In this document: positions 7,376 to 16,008 of the stretch, piece after piece | Layout of the letters: every line of letters begins with the position of its first letter | How positions within the stretch are numbered: position 1 is the first letter of the stretch | Assembly (NCBI GenBank): GCA_963803975.1 | Contig: CAWDOY010000043.1 | Coordinates: 1-24,296, forward strand | Length of the DNA: 24,296 bases | Source: an uncultured delta proteobacterium | GTDB lineage: Bacteria > Desulfobacterota > WTBG01 > CAIYCZ01 | Direction of reading: 5' to 3' | Notes under the pieces: model-generated | Told to the model about the DNA's origin: nothing | What the model saw: the letters and a program-made list of their open reading frames with translations, nothing else | Databases searched by the model: none | Program-made: the position numbers and the translations under genes

Positions 7376-8021
7376 AGCCTTTTTCCCTTAGTTTTTCAGT
7401 GATATTGGAGCAGATCTTTTCGTGTACTGCATCCACGGAAAGCCCGGCGTCAACGATGCGAAAGCGTTCCGGCTCACGGCGGGCAAGCTGCAGATAGCCT
7501 TCCCGGACCCGCTCATGAAACGTTAGCTCCTTGTCTTCAAACCGGCCTTCAGCCTGCTCTTTGCCCTCAAGCCTGATCCGTCGGCGTGACCGGTTCAGTC
7601 CGAGCTCAGCAGAGCAGTCGAGCAGTATGGTCAGATCCGGGGCCAGGCCCTGTAAAAACATGCTGTGCACTTTTTCTATCAGCGGCAGGAGAATGCCTTC
7701 GCCGTAGCCCTGATAGGCTACGGTTGCATCAAAAAAGCGGTCACAGAGCACCATGGTGCCGCTGCTCAGGGCCGGGTTTATAATCTGCTGCAGATGCTGG
7801 ACCTTGGAAGCGGTGTAGAGAAGAAGCTCAGTCAGGGGGATAATATCCGTGTTTTTTGAACTGAGCAGTATCTTTCTGATCTCGTCTCCAATTGGGGTGC
7901 CGCCGGGTTCCCTGGTGATGATGAAGGGAAGATTCTGCTGTTTTAAAAAATCTCCCGCACGCGATATCTGGGTCGTTTTGCCGCACCCTTCGATTCCCTC
8001 AAATACTATAAAAAGTCCCAT
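7365..8021 (-). CDS. tmk: Thymidylate kinase
   Basis: FIVFEGIEGCGKTTQ, TREPGGT, CDRFFDATVAYQG, PDLTILLD. Confidence 0.97.
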   Translation of the reverse strand: MGLFIVFEGIEGCGKTTQISRAGDFLKQQNLPFIITREPGGTPIGDEIRKILLSSKNTDIIPLTELLLYTASKVQHLQQIINPALSSGTMVLCDRFFDATVAYQGYGEGILLPLIEKVHSMFLQGLAPDLTILLDCSAELGLNRSRRRIRLEGKEQAEGRFEDKELTFHERVREGYLQLARREPERFRIVDAGLSVDAVHEKICSNITEKLREKGYAV

Positions 8022-8048
8022 AACTAAAATCCTGCCGGAGCCTGACCG

Positions 8049-8605
8049 CTATGCGCGCCGGGCACCATACTGATCAAAGAACACGAATTCTTCAGCGGCC
8101 CTGCGCTTCGGCGGCCGTCCTTCTTCATCAGGAATCCCCAGCGGCAACAGTTCCACAACCTCAACCGCTGGCAGGAACATTTAAAATCTCTTTTACCTTC
8201 GCGGGTGTCAAAAAAGCCCACATGGACTGTCCCCAGCCCCCGGGAATAAGCGGCAAGCGTCAGGTTCTGCAGAGCAAGTGCTGTGTCAAACATCAGCCAG
8301 TCGCCCTTGTCAGTAGCAGGCGCTGCCTTAAAATAGCCGGCCTTTTCCTTGTGCGCGCAGGCGACAATGACAACCGGGACCTGGGCAAAAGCAGGTCGCG
8401 CGGGATTTGCTTCAGGAAGAGTCTCGGCAAGGCGCTTGCGCAGTTCAAAATCCCGCACCACAATAAATTCAAAGCACTGGGTGTTTGCCCAGGACGGCGC
8501 CCACCGTGCTGCCTCAAGGATGAACTGCAGGTCTTCATCAGAGACCGCTGCCTGTTTGTATTTGCGAATACTGCGTCTGCCCTTGATCGCCTCCATCACT
8601 TCCAT
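8049..8605 (-). CDS. Nitroreductase family protein (two apparent +1 frameshifts, probably sequencing errors)
   Basis: RRSIRKY and EAARWAPSWANTQ motifs, with a GGAG RBS before the ATG at 8605. Removing one base at 8203-8205 and one at 8165-8166 restores AKVKEILNVPASVEVVELLPLGIPDEE… to a TAG at 8049 (184 aa). Confidence 0.85.
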
Positions 8606-8627
8606 GGCTTTTCTCCCCGGCAATAAA

Positions 8628-8668
8628 AACCGCAAAGACACAAAGTGCGCGCGGTGAACCTGGCGGTT
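8628..8668. repeat. Collapsed 9-mer-family palindrome (AACCGC…GCGGTT ends)
   Basis: AACCGCAAAGACACAAAGTGCGC…GGCGGTT resembles the left arm at 3032-3060. Confidence 0.5.
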
Positions 8669-8783
8669 ATCTTAAAAAATGATTTAAAAACGGATAATTA
8701 TCTTTTGCCTGTAACAGTAGTAACAAAAATGGTTTATTGTGTCAAGGCACAGTTCTCCCTCAAGGGGATCGGATTAAAAAACC

Positions 8784-8813
8784 TTGACACTGGAAAAGGC
8801 CGTGTGTTACTTT
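8784..8813 (+). promoter_or_regulatory. Putative sigma70 promoter of the mutase-subunit/meaB/mce operon
   Basis: TTGACA (8784-8789), 18-bp spacer, TGn-TACTTT (-10 at 8808-8813). A divergent TTGACA lies at 8745-8740. Confidence 0.5.
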
Positions 8814-8948
8814 TTGCAAACTTTGTTTTTTATATGTCCTATAGAAATGTTGAGAACGGATTTTTAAGAGATTGCTTAGAATTTAGATAGAAGCATCGAG
8901 ATTTATTAAGTCCGTATAGTTGGTCGCATTATACAAGCGGGAGGTAGC

Positions 8949-9347
8949 ATGGGAAAAGACACAATAGTACGAGTAATGGTTGCCAAACCCGGTCTTGACG
9001 GCCATGACCGGGGGGCAAAGGTTATAGCCCGGGCGCTCAGGGATGCGGGCATGGAGGTCATTTACACCGGGCTGCGCCAGACCCCGGAGCAGATTGTAAC
9101 CGCTGCCCTTCAGGAAGACGTGGATGCGCTTCTTTTGAGCATACTGTCCGGAGCCCACAATCACCTGTTCCCCCGCATCACCCAGCTGCTCCGGGAAAAA
9201 GGAGCAGAGAATATCCTGGTGATTGGCGGCGGTGTTATTCCTCAGGATGATATCCCGGGGTTACAGCAGGCCGGGATCAGGGAGGTTTTCGGCCCGGGAA
9301 CATCTACGGAGTTCATTGTCAACTACGTCAGGGAGAACGTTACCTAA
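8949..9347 (+). CDS. Cobalamin-binding small subunit of a methylmalonyl-CoA mutase-type acyl-CoA mutase
   Basis: [16 protein letters not shown] (DxHxxG), SILSGAH, GGGVIP; GGAGG RBS. Confidence 0.93.
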   Translation: MGKDTIVRVMVAKPGLDGHDRGAKVIARALRDAGMEVIYTGLRQTPEQIVTAALQEDVDALLLSILSGAHNHLFPRITQLLREKGAENILVIGGGVIPQDDIPGLQQAGIREVFGPGTSTEFIVNYVRENVT

Positions 9348-9374
9348 CAACTGTTTCCCGCCCATCACTCCTGC

Positions 9375-10316
9375 ATGACTATCATCGAAGGCGTATTAAA
9401 AGGCAACATCCGGGACATTGCCCGGCTCATCACGATTGTGGAAAATGAACTGCCGGAGGCAACCGCGGCCATGCAGTCCATTTTTCCCCATACCGGCAGT
9501 GCTTACACCATCGGCTTCACCGGCCCTCCCGGAGCAGGCAAAAGCACGCTGGTTGATAAGATCACCCTGCAGCTCTGCCGGCAGGGGAAAAAGATCGGGA
9601 TTGTCGCCATTGACCCGTCGAGCCCGTTTTCCGGCGGCGCGCTGCTTGGCGACCGCATACGGATGCGCGACATCATCACCGAGAAGGATGTATTCATCCG
9701 CAGCGTCAGCACCCGGGGCAGCATGGGTGGGCTTTCGCGCGCAGCAGGAGATATTGCTAAAATCCTTGATGCCGCGGGGAAGGACGTTGTGATCATAGAG
9801 ACGGTAGGCGTTGGGCAGGACGAGGTTGATATATTTAAAACAGCAGACACCTCGGTGCTGGTCCTGATGCCCGGAGCAGGCGATGACATCCAGTCAATAA
9901 AGGCCGGCATCATGGAGATTGCCGATATCTTCGTGGTCAACAAGGCTGACCGGGAAGGAGCTGACGGACTGATTACTTCCATCAGGCAGATGCTTGACTT
10001 GAACACCAAGCCCGGCCCCTGGCGGCCGCCGATTATAAAGACCTCTGCCACCCAGAATGAAGGAATAGATGAACTGCTCAAGGCGGTGCAGGAGCACCGG
10101 GAGTTTCTCACCATTTCCGGCTCTCTTGCCGCCAGAAGAAAAGAGCGGCTCCGCACCGAAATCATCAGGCTTGTGGAGCGCAGGGTTTCACGCCTTGTCC
10201 AGTCACAGATTAAACAGAACGGCCGCTTTGAAAAGCTGGTGGAAAAAGTAGCGGCCCGCGAAGAAGACCCGTACAGCTGCGTGGAGCGGATAGTGGCACC
10301 GCTTGAGGAAGAATAA
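9375..10316 (+). CDS. meaB: Methylmalonyl-CoA mutase-associated GTPase MeaB
   Basis: GFTGPPGAGKST, DPSSPFSGGALLGDRIRM, ETVGVGQDE, VVNKAD. Confidence 0.95.
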   Translation: MTIIEGVLKGNIRDIARLITIVENELPEATAAMQSIFPHTGSAYTIGFTGPPGAGKSTLVDKITLQLCRQGKKIGIVAIDPSSPFSGGALLGDRIRMRDIITEKDVFIRSVSTRGSMGGLSRAAGDIAKILDAAGKDVVIIETVGVGQDEVDIFKTADTSVLVLMPGAGDDIQSIKAGIMEIADIFVVNKADREGADGLITSIRQMLDLNTKPGPWRPPIIKTSATQNEGIDELLKAVQEHREFLTISGSLAARRKERLRTEIIRLVERRVSRLVQSQIKQNGRFEKLVEKVAAREEDPYSCVERIVAPLEEE

Positions 10317-10407
10317 ATGACAAATGTCAAAGCTCAAATGACAAATGCAAGATGTCTGTTTTGGTATTTGGATTTCATTTGGCATTTGGATTTTGAACTT
10401 CGAACTT
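10315..10407. repeat. Inverted pair of 7-mer tandem arrays (AAATGAC)n … (ATTTGG[C/T])n
   Basis: AAATGAC-AAATGTC-AAAGCTC-AAATGAC-AAATGC, followed by TTTGGTA-TTTGGA-TTTCA-TTTGGCA-TTTGGA-TTTTGAA-CTTCGAA. Confidence 0.75.
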
Positions 10408-10465
10408 TTTAATTCAGGATTTCGAAATTAAAATTTAGGATTTATTTCATGAAAAGGAGAAGACT

Positions 10466-10868
10466 ATGAAGGTACTGAAAATTGATCACATTGGTATTGC
10501 GGTAAAGAATATGGACGAGGCGCTCAAGCTCTATCAGGATGTGCTGGGGCTGAAGCTGGCTGCACACGGAAGTGGTGGAAGAGCAGAAGGTGAAGGTCGG
10601 GTTTATACCGGTCGGTGACAGCGAAATCGAACTGCTGGAATCAACATCCCCTGACGGGCCGGTGGCAAAGTTCATCGAAAGCCGCGGGGAGGGGGTCCAG
10701 CATATAGCGCTGCGCGTTGATAATATTGAGCAGGCACTTGAAGAGCTGAAAGCAAAAGGTTTCCGGCTCATTGATGAGAAGCCGCGCTACGGAGCGGGCA
10801 AGGCGCGCATAGCCTTCCTCCACCCCAAAGGCACCGGCGGAATATTGCTGGAGATTTCAGAACGATAA
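10466..10868 (+). CDS. mce: Methylmalonyl-CoA epimerase (one apparent +1 frameshift)
   Basis: [13 protein letters not shown] with an AGGAG RBS. Removing one G at 10558-10559 joins it to [12 protein letters not shown]…IELLE…[11 protein letters not shown]…FLHPK (133 aa). Confidence 0.92.
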
Positions 10869-10894
10869 CAAGCTGAACAGCATCCGGAATATAC

Positions 10895-10920
10895 GAGCAG
10901 CTCCTTATGAGCTGCTCTTT
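10895..10920 (+). terminator. Putative terminator hairpin between converging mce and PNPOx genes
   Basis: GAGCAGCTC-CTTAT-GAGCTGCTC perfect 9-bp stem followed by TTT; it overlaps the PNPOx stop codon. Confidence 0.5.
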
Positions 10921-11336
10921 CCTCCCACCTCAGCAATCAGTATCCGGCGCACGGGAGACTGCTTTGGATTGGCCGCGTATTTCTCTGCCATCTTATCGTA
11001 TAAATTCTTATCATAACCCAGCTTCAGGGCCAGTTCCCTGAAAGCCCGCCTGATGTCTGCCGGGACCATGACCCGCTCCATGGTTCCTTCCACGATGACC
11101 GCTTCCCAGTTTGCGAGCTCATTATCAGCGGTGCATAGTTTGAATGCAGCCTTTTTATTGTTTTTAAAGCAGCGCGCCATCCTGCCGGCAGGGTTGAAAA
11201 TGACATACAGGTACTTCCCGAGAACTGTGTACGCCACCTCGACACCGTAAGGCTTTTTGCCATCAACCCCCATCAGGGTGCCCCATTTTCTCTCTTTAAG
11301 AATCTTTGCGATCTCTTTTTTCGGCAATACCTTCAT
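10905..11336 (-). CDS. Pyridoxamine 5'-phosphate oxidase-like (NimA-type split-barrel flavin-binding) protein
   Basis: EIAKILKERKWGTLMGVDGKKPYGVEVAY…WEAVIVEG pattern; GGAGG RBS. Confidence 0.8.
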   Translation of the reverse strand: MKVLPKKEIAKILKERKWGTLMGVDGKKPYGVEVAYTVLGKYLYVIFNPAGRMARCFKNNKKAAFKLCTADNELANWEAVIVEGTMERVMVPADIRRAFRELALKLGYDKNLYDKMAEKYAANPKQSPVRRILIAEVGGKSSS

Positions 11337-11360
11337 TATGCAGCCTCCCGATCATAGTAA

Positions 11361-11511
11361 CAGGCTGTTGAAAAACGCCCATCTGCTGCGTTGCGCTCAT
11401 CCTTCGTCATTGCGACGTACGATAATGTACGACTCATTCCTCAGGATTTCGCGCGCCTTGCATCTGGATGTTTTTGACCAGCCTGGGAATAATTACTTTT
11501 TTAACAACCTG
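11361..11511. mobile_element. MITE-like non-autonomous element with terminal inverted repeats
   Basis: Left end CAGGCTGTTGAAAAA (11361-11375). Inverted partners at 11471-11485 and 11497-11511 (13/15 each). Internal palindrome CGTAC-N6-GTACG. No transposase. Confidence 0.7.
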
Positions 11512-11522
11512 CAAATAGAACA

Positions 11523-12077
11523 TTATCCCCTGCGCTGCCAGGTGACTTTGAAGACCCCGTCGCGCACCGCACTGTAGGTCATCTTGTCCGGGGCAATTTC
11601 AATGACCCGGTAATTGAATTGCGGGGGAAGCTCTGTCACTCCCATGAGCTTCAGGGCATCGAGCACTTTCATGCGCTTCAGGGCGAGCTCAAACCGGCGC
11701 GGGTCAGTTTGCTTGCTGTACACCCTGGCTTTGCCCCACGCCTGCAGGCCCCGCGCGCCCCAGAAATCCTCTTCCGGTCGATACGGCGCGGCAATGGAAA
11801 AGGAAACGTTTTTATTATCCTTCAGGTTGTTAAATTTACCGCCCCCCTCGGATAGAATATAAAAGGTGAACCCGTCGTACAGGCGGTATTCAAGGGGCGT
11901 GGTGCGCGGGATATCGTTTTTCGTGGTGCTCAGGTGCAGCACATTATTGCCCGCGAGAAATTTTTTCATCTCGCGCTCAAACGCAGCCGCGGTTTTAAAG
12001 GTCTTAATGGTAATGCCTGACTGTTTAAAAACCGGGATGATTGAAGACGGTACTTTCTGATGTTTTATGACTGCCAT
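11523..12077 (-). CDS. Pyridoxamine 5'-phosphate oxidase family protein
   Basis: KKFLAGNNVLHLSTTKNDIPRTTPLEY…KFNNLKDNKNVSFSI…GLQAWGKA; GGAGG RBS before the ATG at 12077. Confidence 0.8.
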   Translation of the reverse strand: MAVIKHQKVPSSIIPVFKQSGITIKTFKTAAAFEREMKKFLAGNNVLHLSTTKNDIPRTTPLEYRLYDGFTFYILSEGGGKFNNLKDNKNVSFSIAAPYRPEEDFWGARGLQAWGKARVYSKQTDPRRFELALKRMKVLDALKLMGVTELPPQFNYRVIEIAPDKMTYSAVRDGVFKVTWQRRG

Positions 12078-12268
12078 AGTCCCTCCTGAAAGCATTGCTG
12101 TTGATGTTGCCGCCATATAAAACATAGTATATGCTGCTGAGCATTGCAAGCACTATCAGTGTCGCAGCCAAGCGGACCTGATAGTACTATTAATAATTTC
12201 AATACTGCATGGCTGTCATATAGAAATTACCTATTTGAAATTATACGACTAAATAGCTCACATTGGAA

Positions 12269-12337
12269 AAATCTGGAACTCATGAAATCAGGAAAATTAC
12301 CCGCTTTTCTCATCGTGAGTTCCTGAGTTCCAGATTT
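12269..12337. repeat. ~68-bp palindromic element built of GGAACTCA 8-mers, copy 1
   Basis: AAATCTGGAACTCA…TGAGTTCCAGATTT perfect 14-bp terminal inverted repeat; homologous in inverted orientation to 16009-16073. Confidence 0.8.
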
Positions 12338-12378
12338 GCTTGAGCTTTCGTTGTGGTTATTTATAAAGAGGTATTCGC

Positions 12379-13449
12379 ATGAAAAACATTTTTGCTTCCC
12401 GGGGCGCAATAGCTGTTGCCGGGCTCATTATCGGAAGCGGTGCGGCGCTGATGCAGAAGCTCGGCAATCCGCCCAATATGGGCATCTGTGTTGCCTGCTT
12501 TGAGCGGGATATTAGCGGCGCGATCGGATTGCACCGGGCCGCCGTTGTGCAGTATATCCGGCCTGAAATCATCGGGCTGGTGCTGGGCGCGCTGCTTGCC
12601 GCCCTTGTCTTCAGGGAGTTCAAGCCGCGCGCAGGTTCAGCGCCGCTGGTGCGTTTTGTCCTCGGCTTTTTTGCCATGGTGGGGGCGCTGGTATTTCTCG
12701 GCTGCCCGTGGCGGGCAATGCTGCGGCTGGCCGGAGGAGATGGAAATGCCATTGTCGGGATAGCCGGGCTTGCCGCCGGTATCTGGACCGGCATTCTGTT
12801 CATCAAGTCGGGCTACAATCTGGGCAGAAACCAGAAGACCTATGCATCAGCGGGCTTAATCCTGCCGGTCATTATGGTCGGGTTATTGATTCTGCTTATT
12901 CTGCAGCCCAAGTTTGAATCAGGCGCACTGTTCTTCAGCGAAAAGGGGCCCGGCTCAATGCACGCTCCGATTGTAATAAGCCTGTTCTTCGGCCTCATGG
13001 TCGGCATAATTGCCCAGCGCACACGGTTCTGCACCATGGGCGCGATTCGCGATATGATACTGGTGCGCGACTATTACCTGGCAGCCGGCGTTGCAGGCCT
13101 TCTGCTCGGTGCCTGCATAACCAATATCCTGCTGGGGCAGTTCAATCCCGGGTTTATTGGTCAGCCCATTGCCCAGACCAACCAGCCGTGGAACTTTTTG
13201 GGCATGGCCCTGGCCGGACTTGCCTACGCGCTTGCCGGCGGCTGTCCCGGCAGGCAGCTGTTCCTCTCCGGTGAGGGAGACGGCGATGCAGCGGTGTTTG
13301 TCCTGGGCATGATGGTCAGCGCCGGGTTTGCCCATAATTTCGGGGTTGCCAGCAGCCCGCAGGGCGTGGGCCCGTGGGGGCCGCTGTTTGTGGTTATCGG
13401 GCTTGCCGCGTGCCTGATGATAGGGTTCACCATGCGGCAAAAGATTTGA
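12379..13449 (+). CDS. yedE: YedE family putative selenium/sulfur metabolism membrane protein
   Basis: GNPPNMGICVACFERDI, QYIRPEIIG, FLGCPWR, QRTRFCTMG, GGCPGRQL; many hydrophobic segments. Confidence 0.9.
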   Translation: MKNIFASRGAIAVAGLIIGSGAALMQKLGNPPNMGICVACFERDISGAIGLHRAAVVQYIRPEIIGLVLGALLAALVFREFKPRAGSAPLVRFVLGFFAMVGALVFLGCPWRAMLRLAGGDGNAIVGIAGLAAGIWTGILFIKSGYNLGRNQKTYASAGLILPVIMVGLLILLILQPKFESGALFFSEKGPGSMHAPIVISLFFGLMVGIIAQRTRFCTMGAIRDMILVRDYYLAAGVAGLLLGACITNILLGQFNPGFIGQPIAQTNQPWNFLGMALAGLAYALAGGCPGRQLFLSGEGDGDAAVFVLGMMVSAGFAHNFGVASSPQGVGPWGPLFVVIGLAACLMIGFTMRQKI

Positions 13450-13550
13450 GTATTTACCAGCGCGCAGTAAAAATTGAGAGTCTTGGTGTTTAATATAAGG
13501 CTACCATATCAGACCTCCTGTGCGCCATACGTTTTTTAAAACGACGCGCC

Positions 13551-13660
13551 GTTTTTTGTCCGCAAACCCCGTTCCCACATCTTGCGACGGCTTTATTATT
13601 GACACGCAACCGCCCCCAGCCTATACTTAACCCATCTAAAAGTGAGTTCCTGTCAATTTA
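13551..13660 (+). repeat. 'Module B' promoter region, copy 2
   Basis: Ungapped 81/110 match to the reverse complement of 2571-2680. Confidence 0.85.
13599..13627 (+). promoter_or_regulatory. sigma70-type promoter of the esterase gene
   Basis: TTGACA (13599-13604), 17-bp spacer, TATACT (13622-13627). Confidence 0.8.
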
Positions 13661-13709
13661 AACCAGCCTTCAGTTTACTGTTAGCTGAGGCTTTCCCCTG
13701 GGAGGCAAG

Positions 13710-14931
13710 ATGAAAAATAAAAAGGCAGTGTTATGTGCACTGGTGTTTTTTTTTATTGCTATCGCTTCCTGCTCAGCACTATTTTTTAAGAGTTCCGGAT
13801 GTGGAGACGGCAGTACGTTTACTACCGGTGAGCATAAAATCATATCAAACGGAATTGAAAGAATATTCTATGTAAAGCTCCCGGAAAATTATAATTCCAA
13901 CACTTCTTACCCGCTCATTTTCGGCTTCCACGGATTTACCAGCGACTATACGGTTTTCACTGAAGGAGACATTGACCTGCAGGAGGTTGTGGGCGATGAA
14001 GCCATTTTAGTGTATCCCAATGCGCTTGGCATAAATGGTGAGCCGCAATGGGATTATGAGAGCGACCTGATCTTTTTTGATGACCTTTACGCTGAGCTTG
14101 AAGCAAACCTTTGTTTTGATAGAAGCAAAGTATTTGCTGTCGGTCACAGCAACGGTGCCGGTTTTACCCATACGCTTGGCTGTAAAAGGGGAAATGTACT
14201 CAGAGCTATTGGTCCGGTGTCCGGCTTCTTTTCAGACTATGATGCGTGCACCGGTCAGGTAGCCGTGATTATGATACATGGAAACAGCGATACTACTATA
14301 CCTCTAACAGGAATTAAGCCCACGCGTGACTACTGGATAGCAATAAACAGCTGCAAAAAAGGGGAAACACCTGGTGGCGTTGATCCTGCTTGTGTGGCAT
14401 ATGCTGATTGTGACCCTCAATTCCCCGTTACATTTTGCGAGCATACCGGAGGACATGCATGGCCCGATTTTGCAAGTACTGCTATTTGGGGGTTCTTTAA
14501 AAGCCTTTTGCCAGCGGCCCCTTCAGACAAAACCGGTCATGGAGATGTCGGGAATCTGGGTAAAGGTTCCGTCAGTTTCAAAATACACTATCCCTCTGAT
14601 TTTGTGGGGACGCCTGAAAAGCTTGCGGTTTCTCTGTATCCGCCCGGTTCGACGCTGCCGCTGTCTGGATCTCCTAACTATATATTAAATATGGACGTCC
14701 CTCTGGGTGATTACACAGTTTGGTGAAGTTACAGAATACAATAATGCAGAGATTAACCTGCTGGGTGTGGACTATGGTGACTATGCGATGGCAGTAAACA
14801 TTTATGTTGCAGGAGGCAACTATCCCATACCAACCAGTGGAAAAGATTATATGGGGTTGCAAAATATTACTATAAACAGCAACACAATCGCAGTAGCGAC
14901 ACCTTTTGCATTAGAAGTTTTGGTATATTAA
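13710..14931 (+). CDS. Secreted/lipoprotein alpha/beta-hydrolase (PHB depolymerase/feruloyl esterase-like) with extra C-terminal domain; one apparent +1 frameshift
   Basis: Signal peptide, YPLIFGFHG, GHSNG nucleophile elbow, HGNSD, GGHAWP. ORFs 13710-14726 and 14707-14931 join by removing one base near 14714-14721 (406 aa). Confidence 0.8.
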
Positions 14932-15087
14932 TAAAACGCAGATTCCCGTATGCGCCTGTACGTGAACGGCTGATGCGATCATGCTATTTCTGTTGATACA
15001 CATCTTCATAATATAAAGTCTATTACTGGGATTGTGACCTCCAATACCTTCCTGGGTTGCATTGTTAGCTATGTATAAATCATAAAA

Positions 15088-15220
15088 ATTCATGCTTTCT
15101 ATGATTTTTTTGACTGCCAGTCATGCTTTGCAGATGAAGTGTGCAATGAATTTAAGCTGCCAAACTTCTATCGCTGCTGATACATAGTCTGCAGCTTTCT
15201 TTCTGTAATACCCACCACAA
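15088..15220 (+). repeat. 'Module A' copy 3 (downstream of the esterase)
   Basis: CAATGAATTTAAGCTGC…TCGCTG.TGATACATA…TAATAC.CACCACAA, shared with the reverse complement of 80-215. Confidence 0.85.
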
Positions 15221-15302
15221 CGTCTGGCACGAAATCTACACTTTTAAATCCCCATCTTTCGTAACCCCTTTGATGTACTTGCTAAAATAAATCGAGCCTA
15301 CC

Positions 15303-15340
15303 AAAAAAAGGCCGCTTCTGCTAAAAAAAGCGACCTTTTT
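15303..15340 (-). terminator. Terminator (possibly bidirectional) downstream of rfbC
   Basis: AAAAAGGCCGCTT…AAGCGACCTTTTT; the single mismatch is a G-U pair on the minus strand. Confidence 0.65.
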
Positions 15341-15364
15341 GATATTTGGCTCCCTTCTTCTTCC

Positions 15365-15907
15365 TTAAAACGGGCTCGCAAAATCCCGGAACAGCGGCGC
15401 CCGGCGGTCCCGTTCGGAGATGATCGGGCTGCTGATGCCCCAGTCAATATTAATATCCGGGTCATTCCACCGGAAGCCCATTTCAGCCTCCTGGTTATAC
15501 ACGTTGGTACATTTATAAAAAAAGATGGTCTCATCTTCAAGGGTCCTGAAACCGTGAGCAAATCCGGCAGGGATCCAGTACATCAGCTTATTCCTGGCGG
15601 AGAGTTCAATGGCGGCCCATTTTCCAAACGTCGGGGAACTCTTCCGGATATCAACCGCAACATCCAGTACTGCGCCGCGTATCACGCGCACCAGTTTCCC
15701 CTGTTCAAAGGGAGGAGCCTGCAGATGCATGCCGCGGATCACATCCTTGGTGGATTTCGATTCATTATCCTGGACGAACGCAGCATCAATCCCGGCCTGC
15801 AGGAATTTTTCCCGGTTAAATGATTCAAAAAAATATCCCCGGTCATCTTCAAACACCTGCGGTTTAATGATGAGCAGGCCTTCAATCTCTGTTGTTATAA
15901 TTTCCAT
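15365..15907 (-). CDS. rfbC: dTDP-4-dehydrorhamnose 3,5-epimerase
   Basis: FEDDRGYFFESF, VQDNES, RGMHLQ, GKLVRV, DVAVDIR, IPAGFAHGF, WNDPDINIDW. Confidence 0.96.
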   Translation of the reverse strand: MEIITTEIEGLLIIKPQVFEDDRGYFFESFNREKFLQAGIDAAFVQDNESKSTKDVIRGMHLQAPPFEQGKLVRVIRGAVLDVAVDIRKSSPTFGKWAAIELSARNKLMYWIPAGFAHGFRTLEDETIFFYKCTNVYNQEAEMGFRWNDPDINIDWGISSPIISERDRRAPLFRDFASPF

Positions 15908-16008
15908 GGATATATACGGATGCTGTTGTTTCCTGAAAGTGTTTCTTGACCCTGACCTGGACAAGCCGGAACCAAAATTAACGGCAAAGACTAAAAAAGA
16001 AAGATTTT

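Noticed and set aside
11257..11577. 106-aa plus-strand ORF (…LLKNAHLLRCAHPSSLRRT…)
   Set aside because: It is a translation through the MITE-like element and overlaps both PNPOx genes.
15225..15240. TGGCACG as a sigma54 -24 box
   Set aside because: There is no TTGC at the -12 position and no downstream plus-strand gene.
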